Part shown: in pieces, positions 25,169-38,729 of the stretch
Numbering within the stretch: the first letter of the stretch is position 1
How the letters are laid out: each line of letters starts with the position of its first letter
Assembly (NCBI RefSeq): GCF_035084215.1
Contig: NC_090335.1
Location: 52,266,001-52,330,000 of the forward strand
DNA: 64,000 nt
Reading direction: 5' to 3'
Source of the DNA: Heptranchias perlo
Lineage: Eukaryota
Position numbers and translations under genes: made by a program
Notes under the pieces: model-generated
Database searches by the model: none
Seen by the model: the letters and a program-made list of their open reading frames with translations, nothing else
Told to the model about the DNA's origin: nothing

Positions 25169-25964
25169 ATGCGCACAGAGGAATTTCGATCCTCTGATGT
25201 ACAACTTCCCGTTAATGGTCTTGTGTATTTCATAATTGTTTGGGCTATTTGATAATTGAGCAATTGGGTACTTGATTCTCAAACAATTAGATATGAATTC
25301 TGGTCCCAGATTTTACTATTACTTGAATATGGTTCTCTGAATTGAATTAATTTGATCAAATGTCAAATTAGCAATCAAAAAGAAGAAAGTAAAAACACAG
25401 TATTTCATCTACACACCAGTTCCTAGTGTGCATGGGCCTACAACACAAAACTGCTCCTAGTTTGGCACTAATCAGCAATCAGAGAGGCCACAGGGTGGCT
25501 GGTGTGAGAATGGACAAAATGTCATCTTGGTGGGGTAGGGGTTGTTCTTTTGAGGTTGAGGCTGAGGCAAATTGCTGTGGCAGAGTAGGGAGAGGGAGTT
25601 TTATTCTGTTTATGCCTGTGTTAAACTTGATCTGGGAGTGCTCCATATTGACACTGAATGCTCGAAATGGGAAGAGTTTCATTCTTCAGCATCAATCTTC
25701 CTTACCTTGATGAGCACAAAAAAATGTAAAAACAAAACATGTAATTTGATTTATTCAATCATCTTAAGTCTGGGGTCCTGATAATATGTTGTACGTCACT
25801 TGGCATAACCCTCCCCCTGCCATAAAAGTGAATCCTCCAACTCAGCATGAGCATTGCTACAGGAGATCAGGTAATCAGATATTACCTGATCTCAGATGTA
25901 ATCTATAATATATTAACAACAACAACCTTTGCTTATATAGCGTATTTGATGTAGGATTTTAAAA

Positions 25965-26372
25965 TATAGCCTCGATTTTAAAATTCTAACCCTTGCTTTC
26001 AAATCCCTCCATGGCCTCACTCCTCCCTATCTTTGTAACCTCCTCCTGCTCTACAAACCTCTGAGATCTCGGCAATCCACCAATTCTGGCCTCTTGCACA
26101 TCCCCGATTTTCATTGCTCCACCATTGGCAGCTGTGCCTTCAGCTGCCTCGGCTCTAAGCTCTGGAATTCCCTCCCTAAACCTCTCCGCCTCTCTACCTT
26201 TCTCTCCTCCTTTAATACACTCCTTAAAACCTACCTCTTTGACCAAACTTTTGGTCACCTGTCCTAATGTGGCTCGGTGTCAAATTATGTTTGATAATCG
26301 CTCCTGTGAAGCACCTTGGGACATTTTACTGAGTTAAAGGCGCTATATAAATGCAAATTGTTGTTGTTGTTG
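25965..26372 (+). mobile_element. L2-clade LINE 3' end with (TTG)n tail
   Basis: FKSLHGL..P motif, CTAAGCTCTGGAATTCCCT and GCTATATAAATGCAAATTGTTGTTG tail. Confidence 0.85.
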
Positions 26373-27299
26373 TTTTTGTCGGAAAACATCCTAAGGCACT
26401 TCAGAGAAAAGTCTGGTGTGCAGTCATGACAAACTTTTAATAAATTATATTCGGACCAGCAGTATGTGTGCTCTTCCCATCAACTAATGTTTATTTCCTG
26501 TACCATCAAGGTCACATTGGGCCAGATTGTGCCTTAGTGGGTGGGGGGTCGGGGTAGGGGGTTGAACCTTGCTGAATCTCAGCATTTTAAATAGAGTAGA
26601 TTTCCTCACTGCTGGTGATGGGGTTGGGGTGAGGGTTATTACAGGTATTTCCCCAGCAGTATGTAATCAAAGCAAGTGATTTAGTTTCCACATAGTCGTA
26701 GACTTGGAGCCCAAAATATTACTAACACTTCAACAATGCTCTAATGAAAACACAATTTTAATTACCCAATCATCATAAATCAGTGACCTGATAATATATT
26801 GTACGTAAAATACCATAAAACAACATATTCTAGGAACTTGTAATTATGTAAAGAGTGAGTCACTGTCAAGACCCCTTTTAATATGTAATTCCAAAGAGTT
26901 CTGATTATCATTATTATCCTATTTTGTTTTGTCAATCACTCCAGGATTTATTACTGTATCTCTAATATTAAGTTACTCCCCTCATGTTCAGCTCTCAATA
27001 ACTCCATGTTCTGCTGAGGATGTCATCAACATTCACTGTCTATGTAAAAATTAATTTAAAGCTATCAACAGAAATGAACAGAACAGAAAGGGTGTTAATG
27101 TTAATCATAGTTCCCTGTATCGGATTTTTAAAAGGAATCTTGATGTTAAGATTACCTCTTTAAGTTTACTAGATGCATCGTATTCTCATTATTATTTAAA
27201 ATTAAATACTGCATTAATGTTAAAGACTATTTGGCCCTGTACAGTGTGTTGCCGGTTCATCGTTTTAAAGTCTTCATGAACCAAAAACGTAAGCAAATG

Positions 27300-27490
27300 G
27301 ACGGCTCCATATAGAAAATAAGGGTAAACAGAACTTCCGGGTCGTACTGTCGCCTCATTGTGCACCTGCACCCCCACGTATCCTGGTATCGTTAACACAG
27401 ATGCAGTGCCAGCCTTGGTTTTCACAAATGTTTTACCCTTCTAAATATTCATTTAAGAAGAATTTGTACTGAAGTATTAGCAGGTATGTT
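27300..27490 (+). promoter_or_regulatory. Candidate promoter and non-coding first exon
   Basis: Local CpG retention in unique sequence; GTAAACA (FOX) next to ACTTCCGG (ETS); donor-like CAG|GTATGT at 27483. Confidence 0.3.
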
Positions 27491-30400
27491 TAACGGAAAA
27501 ATTGTTTGGTAGTGTTAACTGTAATGTAAAATGGTTTTAAAATGGCACCGATCTGGGTGTTGTAAAATGGTTTTCAAATAGCAAGTAATAACGTACAGTT
27601 GTAACGTTTTTGTGGAAACTTTTTTCTAATGCTGTACTTGATAAATATGTAAGATGTGTCATTCAATGCGTAAACATGATAAAATACATATCGTCGACAA
27701 AATAATGTAATCTAACAGGAATTTACGATATTCAGTTGACAGGAAACAATACAGTGGGCGTTGACAGAAAATGTTTTAGGTTTTTTAATTTCCATTCAAC
27801 TCAACAAAAATATTAATTTGTCATCTATTGATTTCAAAAAGTGCTCATGAATAAGATGCAAGTTCATATATATTTGAGCACTGGATTGTAATTAGTTGCT
27901 GGTATTTCTTAGTTCACAACTGAAGGATAGTTTAGCCAAACTAAAGCTAACCTAACTGCTGGTACATAAAAGGATCCTGTGAAAGGCATTATTCGGTTAT
28001 TTCAGGTAAAAAATAATTTTTTTTATTGTTAACCGACAAAAATTTGTTTTAGCATGTGGTGACATCAAAATTTGGAAATGGCTGAATGTTTATCCCAATG
28101 ATATGGGATTGTTTTTTTACTGAATGTGATCTATGTTATACTTTATCTACTGACACCTTCGCATACACCATTTCTGATAATTAGAAAAGAACTCAGCTAC
28201 AGATAAAACCATAAACACCTGCATATAATTTATTCATCTTCAAAAATTTGACAGAAGTCAGAAGTAGCCTTGTAGCAACAGCCCTAGGTTGTTGGATTCT
28301 GGCTCTGTTTTATTTAAGTTGCTTCAGTAAATGAGTTTAATAAGTAAATGAATTTCATAAGCCTTTGACCAAATCACTGAGGGGTTAGAAAGGAAAACAT
28401 GCCAGGACGAGTCCTACCCAGTAGAAGCAGACTCTAATGAAATCTACGGGCTCTATACTCAAATCATCCTGTGCTAACAAAGCTGCTTCATCTACTCAGA
28501 GTGGGGAGAGACGGACAAGGTCAGACTTTTTAATTCCAATGAACTGGAGCTTCCAAAAGTCACTATGTTAAGAAATCCAACTATAACATGATGGAATTTG
28601 TCTCCGCATTGGCAAATGAATTAGGTGTTGAACTTGGACCTGCAATAAAGTTGTTAGAACCACAGGCTACGTTTAATCTGTTGAGGAATTCAGAATTTCT
28701 GCACCAAATATTTCATTAAAAATATGAGCAGACCCAGGCCATGGTGAAAATCATACCATGTATACCTAAAATAGACAAATATCCAAATCTTAAAATTTTG
28801 CCCGGGGTGGGATATGGGCAGAATTCTGTTGGAGTTGTGGGGAGTGGTCACAATTTGGGCAGAACCCAGCTCCACTGCATTTCCAATCCATCTAAACTAT
28901 TGTGCCGTGGGGAGGAGAGGGGCTGGCAGGGGCTTCTTCTGCCCACTCCACTCAACGTCAACCTGAGAAGAGGAGTAGGTCCCGTTCTGGGCCTAGTGTA
29001 GGCCCCAAAAGTGCAAAGTCCAAAGGTAATCGATAACAGAGTTGTTGAATGGCTCTGCCATTCCAGAGAAAAAATTTCAAAAAATTCTGCTGACTTTTTT
29101 CATCTGCGTGATCCAAGCCTCTTAGAGTGGCAAGGATCAGCTTCAAGTTCATCCTGTTGCACCACTACAGGCGCAGACACCCGCCCCTATTATTTAAATA
29201 ACCCTATCCCTGGGATTTGGGCCGTGGTCACTGCGGGAGCATAGTGGTGAGCAGAATTTCCACCCTGCCATACTTCTGGCAGTGTAAGTTTGCTGTGAGA
29301 TTTCTGGGCTCCAGTTTCTAGAAATTGTTTTAAACAGGATGATATGAGAAACAGAGGACGGGGTCCCAGCTAGATGACTGTGGTTCGATTTGCGTAGTTG
29401 AATTCATTCTGATCTTCTTGCCACCACAGGCAGTGCTTCATGTATTCTTCAAGGGCCAACATGAAATGCTTCTTTACTCTTAGGATGGTACAGAAAAACT
29501 GATATCATACGGCAGTCACATTTTCAGTGGACTACTTGGAATGTTATTAATAGTGGTCAAATCAAATTGTTGCCACACCCGCCTTGTTAAATGGTATTGA
29601 CTGGCTCGTGCGTGTACCTGTTGAAGGGAGATGGGGAAATATAGGAAACAAATTGAGTAATGCCTCATTTACACTGCAGCTTTAAAAGCCTATTCAATGA
29701 AATAAGGATAGAGTCAGCTCCCTTATAAGTGGTCAATGCCATTCTCCCAGAATCAGTCCCAAACTTAATTTCTGGGAGAAACGCTAGAGGAGTTGGCCAA
29801 AGATAGATCAGTTCACTTCCTTAACAATATGAATACCACTGTAACATAGTTCCAAAAATAAGAAATAATCTGCCAAACTATTTTTTTTCTAAATTGTATG
29901 CCTGGGACTAAGTTTGCTTCTATAAATGACAAATATATATTTTGAAATACCAATTAGAAAAGAACAATATTGTTCTCCTTAGTTTATGGCTATTTTAACA
30001 AAAGTGTTTTATTTTGTGTAAACATTGGGTGTGTTTGTAAGAATGTGGGTTTGTCTTTTAATCCTTCCACAGTGCCTCAATGCATGTTCTAGCTGTGTGA
30101 GCAAACTGTGTTGTTTCCTCTGTAGAAAATGTCCTATTGAAAGATCTCAGAGAAAAATAAAAGTCAAATTCACATATATGCCAGTCTGATATCAGCAGCT
30201 TTCTGATAGAGGCACATTTTATTTGGTTCCAATTCATTCTTCACTACGATCAAAATATTTTGAAGTGATTTCAGTAAATTCTTTTTATGGGCACAGTTAG
30301 ATATTAGCTTTTTTTCTGACATATTGCATGCCATAGGATTCAACTATAAGTAAAATGACTCTGCTTGAGAATCAGATTTATAATGCAACATTTTTAAGCT

Positions 30401-30949
30401 TGGTCACCTCCACACCATTCTGAAAGGGTCAAGCTGTCTGCATTGCTGAGAAAACAGATGTGTGGAATGGTTGCTCTGCAAACGAGGTGGGTGCCTCAGA
30501 CTGTCAACCAGCTCTGCACTCGGATGGTAGATGAAACAATGATAAGGTGCAGAACAGCATTACTACACAGGAAATCCACAAGCTTAGAGGTAGTTCCACT
30601 CATATAAACTTACCGCAATTAAGATGCTTTTGAAACATTTTTTAAACCACACTGAAAACACACTGCAAACAGCGAGAAATGCGTTATGCCACACAGAAGA
30701 CAAAAGTTCACATAGTTTTAAAGCAGCTTCGCAATAAGCTTGAGCGAAATTCTGATGGAATAGGCAGTTATAAATATTGGAACTAGAATGTTGATAAAGA
30801 GAGGGGCAGGGCTGCATATTCAATCGGTTAAGCCTCACATGGATCGAAGAAAGGTACAACTGGAAATTAGCAGTTTGCATCCAATGTTTTGTTAACAGTA
30901 CTTTAAGGACTGATTCTGGGCAAAAATTAGGATGGACTCAGCTCACCTA

Positions 30950-31470
30950 ACTGAGAAATTGGTCTGAAAAAACAATTGGAGAAGAAAGGGACGTTAGTAA
31001 TGGAGTGGTAATTGAAGAGGGTATCATTTTTGAGAAAGAGGTTGATGACAGCAATTTTCAAATGAACAGAAAAAATGCCTGAGTAAAGGGAATCATTAAC
31101 AATGTCACTAGCATGGGGGCCAGGATGGGTAACTGAATCATCATAAGCTGAATGGGGAGGGGATCAAGGGAGCAGGAAGTGGGTCTCATGAGCTTCGGGA
31201 GGTAGGGGAAGGTGGAAGAGAAATTGGAGAGTGATGGGAGATTGGAGCTAGAGTGGCTAGGAGATTGGGGAGAGAGGGGAGGTCGAGGAGGGGGAATTAG
31301 CTGCAGAGATGGTCTCATTTTTAGAGATGAAGAAATCTATAAGCACTTCAGACTTGGCACTGGAGTTGAGGGTGAAGGGGGCAGGGTAAGGTATTTGAGG
31401 AGGTGGTTAGTCCCCAGTTTGTCCCTGTCTTCCAAGATGATCGTGGAGTAGTAAAAGGATGCAGCAGAAG
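30950..31470 (-). mobile_element. L2-clade LINE internal fragment (old)
   Basis: MRPTSCSLDPLP motif on the - strand. Confidence 0.7.
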
Positions 31471-31869
31471 GTTTTTGCAAATAACTCTCTTGTATAACAT
31501 TTAAGATTAGATGACAATTCAGGATCATAGTGTTCCCTTTTAATATTTTGAAAAACACTATTTCTGTATTATCAGTTTTTGTAGCTGTTTCTCCCTAAAT
31601 AGTCATTTCCTGAGTTAAGCCACACTTAGATCGATTTCAACACTCTGACTATCACAAAACTAAATTCCCTGATATACTCACTCAGAAGAGTGATTTTAGA
31701 ATTTTACCTGTTTCTTTCTCTCTTAACAATTCTCCTTGTTTCTGGTATGAGCTCCCTGCTGCTCAATAGATATCCTGGGATCTTTTACGTTCACGTGATC
31801 AGGCAGACATGGCAGAGAAGAGTGAGGCCTGATAGCACTTATCCAGCCAAATCTGGTGATGGATGGCTA

Positions 31870-33032
31870 AAGACACCAAGGCAGCATTTGACTGAGTGTG
31901 GCACCAAGGAGCCCTAGTAAAATTGAAGTCAATGGGAATCAGGGGGAAAACTCTCCAGTGGCTGGAGTCATACCTGGCACAAAGGAAGATGGTAGTGGTT
32001 GTTGGAGGCCAACCATCTCAGCCGCAGGCCGTTACTGCAGGACTTCCTCAGGGCAGTGTCCTAGGCCCAACCATCTTCAGCTGCTTCATCAATGACCTTC
32101 CCTCCATCATAAGGTCAGAAATGGGGATGTTCGCTGATGACTGCACAGTGTTCAGTTCCATTCGCAACCCCTCAAGTAATGAAGCAGTCCGAGCTCGCAT
32201 GCAGCAAGACCTGGACAACATCCAGGCTTGGGCTCATGAGTGGCAAGTAACATTCGCGCCAGACAAGTGCCAGGCAATGACCATCTCCAACAAGAGAGAG
32301 CCTAACCACCTCCCCTTGACATTCAACGGCATTACCATCGCCGAATCCCCCACCATCAACATCCTGGGGGTCACCATTGACCAGAAACTTAACTGGACCA
32401 GCCATATAAATACTGTGGCTACAAGAGGAGGTCAGAGGCTGGGTGTTCTGCGGCGAGTGACTCACCTCCTGACTCCCCAAAGCCTTTCCACCATCGACAA
32501 GGCACAAGTCAGGAGTGTGATGGAATACTCTCCACTTGCCTGGATGAGTGCAGCTCCAACAACACTCAAGAAGCTCGACACCATCCAGGACAAAGCAGCC
32601 AACTTGATTGGCACCTCATCCACCACCCTAAACATTCACTCCCTTCACCACTGGTGCAACGTGGCTGCAGTGTGTACCATCCACAGGATGCACTGCAGCA
32701 ACTCACCAAGGCTTCTTCGACAGCACCTCCCAAACCCGCGACCTCTACCACCTAGAAGCACAAGAGCAGCAGGCACATGGGAACAACACCATCTGCACAT
32801 TTCCCTCCAAGTCACACACCATCCCGACTTGGAAATATATCGCCGTTTCTTCATCGTCACTGGGTCAAAATCCTGGAACTCCCTTCCTAACAGCAGTGTG
32901 GGAGAACCTTCACCACACGGACTGAAGCAGTTCAAGAAGGCTCATCACCACCTTCTCAAGGGCAATTAGGGATGGGCAATAAATGCTGGCCTCGCCAGCG
33001 ACGCCCACATCCCATGAATGAATAAAAAAAAA
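31870..33032 (+). mobile_element. CR1-group LINE, second family, 5'-truncated, with A-rich tail
   Basis: ORF 31896-32969 has RT motifs PQGSVLGP and FADD; ends ATGAATGAATAAAAAAAA; same family as 40236-41010 and the fragment at ~8395-8500. Confidence 0.9.
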
Positions 33033-33359
33033 GCAGTTGTGCGCCAGATATGCTAAAGATTGTGCCCCTTCACCTTGAGGGAGCAAAGATAGGGGCCATT
33101 CCAGGAGAAACAACCAGGATGGGGACAAGGGCATCAAAGGTGAGATGAAGGAGTGGTTGAACAGATCGACAGTTGCAGAAGTATTGTGTTGAATGCAGGT
33201 CCAAAAGCTAGGCTCTTGGCAGCTCAAAAGTGCAATTGTAAGTGACTTAGAAGAGAGTTTTTTTGCAAAGGTGGCTGCAGAAGGAAGTGGGGTTGGTAGG
33301 GGGTAGGAGGTTATTGCTGGTGAGGGATCAAAGGAAGAGGTAAGAAATGGTCTCATCTA

Positions 33360-33860
33360 TGATTGGGACCATGAGAGTAGAGAGGCTACATGAGATTGCA
33401 AGGTCAATGGATGACAGTGAATATGGGTAGGAGAGTTTACATGGAGGAAGAGGTTTAGGGGGCACAGGAGAGCAGTGAAATCAGAGGAGAGAGGATAAGC
33501 ACATCGAGATGGAGATTGAATTCAACAAGGATGAGGACTCGCTTAGTGCAGAGACTAAGGGAGGAAAGGAGGGAGTATATCTCATGTAAAAACTTGGGAT
33601 GGACTTGGGGGGTAGTAGAGAATGAGGATTTTAAAAGAGAGGTGGGAGGAGTGGAACATGGTGAGGAGCTCAAAAGGCGGAGAAGCTGCCAGTGACATGG
33701 GGTAAGAGAGCAAGATTTGATATTAATGTGGGTTTGGCACATGATGAAAAGTATAGTCTGGCACAGGAGGTTTCAGTTAAGGGAAAGCTGTTGCCATATG
33801 TGAGCCAAGTTTCGATCAAAGCCGTGATGTCAATGTAATCGTTAATGGCATTAATGAAAA
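33360..33860 (-). mobile_element. L2-clade LINE endonuclease-region fragment (old)
   Basis: LSSLSLCTKRVLILVEFNLHL resembles the GDFN motif of the APE domain. Confidence 0.65.
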
Positions 33861-34779
33861 GTGAAGGAATTAAGAAATGGAAAATTGGTGGGCTTGCTCA
33901 CTGGTGCACAGCTTTTCCCATCCGATTTTTTTGTAGTTGCTGCACCCAAGCAATCCAAACTGCGCAGGCACAAGACCAATAAAATCTACTCCAATATTAT
34001 CAACAAGAGATCAAACAACCATTTTCAGTACGTACTGCCTACACATCTTGATAAGCAACAAGACTTTTAGGGACTTTCACGATGCAAAATCATATGTGAA
34101 TTACATCAATTTTTAAATCAGACCCGATCTCCAAACAGTACTAAAGCAACCAAAGCGCTGATTTATTGTGATCGGAATACTTTGAAGTGACAACGAAACC
34201 TTTGAAGTCAGCTCCCACACCTTGTGAAGTGAGGTGTTAATGTCTAATTACTGCCATCTTCCTGCAAGGATCTCAATAATGGTTCAGTAATTGGAGTCAT
34301 TGTTATAGCTTGTAGCTCCAAAACTACAACCAGGATCTGGGTTCATTTATCTGGAATAGTTCCTTGGGAGTACAGGATGTTGACAGGTGGCACTGCATCA
34401 AGCAATGTTCAAGTGTTTGCCTGGGCTTTCCACGTTCATATTTGGCTTCCACTTGGTCATATTGTCACCAGATTTTGCCACCCCAGCTCTCACTTGACTT
34501 AGGGTATACCAATGTTTTTATTCGAGGTCAGTTCCTGGATGGAGCTGTTCTAAGGAACCAAGTTCTCTATGATCATCAGTATTTCCCACCATTTCGTTAC
34601 TCTGTAGGTACAGTGGTATTTTGGGGTAAGGGATTTTCAGAGGCAAACCTCTTTCTGGACTTCAACCTCCTGGATGGTAGAATATATCCATGTATTGGGT
34701 GTCTAGGATCATTGAACCTGTTTTTGGGTTGAGTCAGATATGTTCATGACCCTGTTAATCTCCCATTGTAACTAGCTAT

Positions 34780-36498
34780 GGGAGAGACTAAAGGCGGCAA
34801 TTGGAATAATTGGGCACTAAATTGGGCCGTGTAGCGCCCATTGTTTCGGCCTTACATGGCCTCTCTGACATCCAAGATGGCGTCTTGGATGTGCACGCAT
34901 GTTTCCAGTATGACGTGCGCCCAGACACCACCTTGGTACAGGAGTTAGTGCAGGCGCAGATAAGGAATGCTGGAATCATGTAAAGTAGGGAGAAAATGGC
35001 TTTAATCAGTGTCCTACGCTGATTTAAAGTGATGGAGACCATTTTGAGACTTAACGCTCAACTCAACGCACAGTCTTAACCCCAACCATCTGAACGTGTC
35101 TTAGATTGCCTGGAGGACCCCCCCCCCCAGCACTATTTAAAGGGACCATGCAGGAGTTACAGGAAGATTATTGCTTCTGGCTGCCGAGACATTTGTGACT
35201 GTTTTTGGAGGTCTCCTAGACTTGAATACTAGGACGCGGAGACATAGCCTAACATTTAGAGCCAGGACATGCAGGAGTGAAGTTAGGAAGTGCTTCTACA
35301 CGCAAAGGGTGGGAGACGTATGGAACGCTCTTCTGCAAACGGCAGTTGATGCTAGCACAATTGTGAATGTTAAATCTGAGATTGATAGATTTCTGTGAAC
35401 CAAGGGTATTAAGGGTATGGGGCTATGGTGGGTATATGGTGTTAGGTCACAGGTCCACCATGATTTCACTGAATGGTGGAACAGGCTCGAGGGGCTAAAT
35501 GCCACTGCCACTTGCTGCCTCCTGATATGCGCCACCCTCTCCTGCAAGAAAGCGGGACATGTGTCTGGGTGGTGTGCCTGTCATGGTTGAATAGCTGCCA
35601 GTGTATGTGGCCTGTGAGTTGTGGGTGGGCGGCTTGAAATAGTGGTAATGTGTAAGGATGAGAGGAAGCATCTGATTGGAAGAGTTGAGTACTGATGGAA
35701 AGAGTGAGTTTGTTGGTATGTGGGTGATGGGGGTGCAGTGCATGGAGCAGTAGATGCAGCTAGTGGTGCAGTTGGTAGGAGATGCCACTTGACAGTTGAC
35801 CTCACTCACCTTGACCACTCATGTCAAAGCATTGAACTTCTTCCTGCACTGCATCCATGTTCATGATGGCATTGACTTCGTCCCTCGCTGCCTCCCATTG
35901 CCTTTTGGATATATGTCTGGAGAGCCTTTTGCCCCCGCCCCCCTCTCAGCAGATATAGGATGTCCCTCCTTCTGTCCCCCCTCTTGCATCAAGGTCTCTA
36001 GTGCATCAGCAGAGAACCTTGGTGCATGCACTCTCACAGGCCTGGTACCACCTCAGATCAGCAGATTGGTGAGGTCTGGCATGCAGATTGGAGAATGTGG
36101 AATTTAGTAGTACGCAATCTTTATTCAATGTTTTAACAAAACTCATCAGTGTGTAAACATAGGGATGGGACCTATATCTGTGCTTTACGTGTGTGATGTC
36201 TGATCTCCGTTCAGACTCCGTGCAGACAGTAGACTGTTATTTTCAGCAAATAACAGGTACCAGCTACCTTTAAGAGATTTCTAAGAAACATCCTCACTTT
36301 AAGAGATTGTGCTCCCCAGTGATGGAAAGTGCAAATTGCATTGATTCTTCGTGCAAGGCCTGGAATGGAACGCTGATTGCAGGTGAGTCCTCGGGGGGCC
36401 AAAACTTGGGTCCTGCCTGTGCAGGGACCATTGGACGTGAGGCAATAGCACATAACACTACCTATGCCCAAAAACGGCCCCTATCCAATTTCTCCCCC
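34780..36498. mobile_element. Internally deleted Harbinger-derived element with a nested CR1 3' fragment (~35220-35500)
   Basis: - strand SANT remnant (APRFSADALETL...WMQCRKKFNAL..VVK|GTGAGT at ~35800-36030); ends CCAATTTCTCCCCC. Confidence 0.7.
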
Positions 36499-36819
36499 AT
36501 CGAGTTTGTCTATTCCTCATACTGTTAATCTTCAAATGTCAACATTTCCAATAGTGAGTTCTGGTCATCAAGCACCTTTTGACTTGATCAATTTCTGAAT
36601 AGAGACTTTGACACAAACAAAGAGAATCCATCCAAGGACAGAAAGTTCCACTTCCATAGTCTGATTATGCAGCAATTACATATATTGATCACCCTCATCA
36701 CAGTAACAATGAGACCCAAATTCTGGGAGTACCATTCTGCCAGCAAAAGTGCAGCAGAATGAAACTCCTGTCTGTTCTCACAGAAAGCTGTAGACCTTTT
36801 CCCAAATTTCTCCACCCCA

Positions 36820-37484
36820 GCTGTTCAATTAATCTGATCTGGGCAGTGTGCAAACTCAGTATCCTGTTTGACTCTGAGCTGATATTTTATCCACCAATGA
36901 GGTCACTTATATGCAACTCTGCAACATCATCTGCTTTCACCCTTACCTCACCCTCATCACCACCAAAACACTTATCCATTCTTTTGTTACCTTCTGACTT
37001 CTCCCAAGCTTCACCTCACACAAACTTCAACTCCTCCAAAACTCCTTCACCTGCATCCTTTCCTGCACAAATCTCACTCTGTCATCCCACAATGCACAGA
37101 ATTTAAATCCTCAGCCTCATTTACAAATCAGTCCATGGCCTTTCCCTACCCTACATCTGAAACCTTCTCTAGCCCTACATCCTAGTCTATGTCTGTCAGG
37201 CCTCTGACTCTAGCCTCCTGTGCAACACTCCCTCCTTCCACTTCACTTCTCCATTGGTGGTAGAGCCTTCATCGCGTTCCTGCTCTCTGGAGCTCCCTCC
37301 CTAAACTCCACCATCTTGCTTCTTCCCTCTCCTATTTTAAAAGTCTGCTCATGACCTATCTCTTTGACCATGCTTTTGGTCATATCTCCTAACTCTTCTG
37401 CTACTGTTTGGCTTCTGCTTCTTCTCTGTGAGGCATTTTGGGATGTTTACTAGGTTAAAGGCACGACATTAATGCAAGTTGTTA
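36820..37484 (+). mobile_element. Old L2-clade LINE 3' part
   Basis: Degenerate match to the 25965-26372 and 63255-64000 copies; ends AATGCAAGTTGTT. Confidence 0.7.
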
Positions 37485-38729
37485 TGTGCCTGTTTTGACT
37501 TTATAATTAAAGGCAGAATGGATTGAGTCTATTGTCTTACTTGTTACATCCTTGCTAGTATTTCTTTGTGTCAGTACGACACATTTTGCATGTCTCTTTA
37601 TAAAACTACTATTTTCCTATTTGACCATATATATCATGGTTTGCCTTTGTGCTCTTCTTTAAGCCATCCAAATTGTTCCTGACTTCCTGCCAGGCCCTCT
37701 TAGTATCGAGGAGGCAATAAGCATGGCAATTTTTCACTAAAAGAGTAAACTCAGCTAGTTAGAGTACTTGGCAAGAAGTCAGAAAGAAGTTAGATACCTT
37801 CACCCACCAGAATCTGTGGAAAGCCAAGTCAATAAATTGTGGTTTTCTCAATTGTCATTGAGCCATCCACAAATATACCATTAACAAAATAACATTCTCA
37901 GGAAATAGCGAGGAACAATGCCATGATTTTTTTCTAAGTCATGATGGCATTTTGCCCATTTTTGAGAAATTAGGAAGATAAAGCTCCAGTATTCAGAATT
38001 TATTGCAATTAATTAAACTTAAATTTTTATTAAGTAACAAAATAAAAATAAAAATCAAGAAAACAACACATGGAAGATGCATCGCCAAGACAATGAAACT
38101 GATGAAGTACAAATGCATTTTTCCAGCTGGAGCAGCAGGGAGTTGCTAGCCTGCTGATCATGAAGAAAATAAATAGTATGTTAGCCTGATGTAGTCAGCT
38201 TTATACTCCTGGGAAGTGAAGATCACATGGAAGGCATCCATGTTACCAATGACTTCAAAGACATCTTAAAGGGGATTATACCCTTGGTGATTTTCTCAGC
38301 TACCTAAGCTCCATTGGTATGAGATGTATTTTGGAAGGAAGAATAATTTTATTTTAATGAATTTCACTTAAGGCTCAGTTCAGCTGCTGCTTTGGTCATT
38401 ATGGTTGGATATACTTTAGCGAATATTCTTGAAATTGGTTCTTCTGTGGACCGAAAAGAGTGGTATTTAAACATCCACCTCCTTCCCTTTCATACATCGT
38501 AAACAACTCTTAATGTTTAGTTTCTTTCCAAAAGTGCCAATAGAAAAAGATTACAGCCATCATCATTATTTTTCAGATGTGACATAAAAGTATCTCAACT
38601 ATTATTATAATTAATTGGATTCTTTCTTGCTGGTCATATCATACAGAAGGTTAAAATTAGTTACTTCTAAAATTGGTTACTTAGGTGTCTGCCTTGGCTC
38701 TATGGTAGCACTCTTGCCTCTGAGTCCGA

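Noticed and set aside
31690-31750. Hydrophobic frame VILEFYLFLSLLTILLVSG with a G|GTATGA donor as CD247 exon 1
   Set aside because: No in-frame ATG after the upstream stop at 31627; probably a pyrimidine-rich stretch
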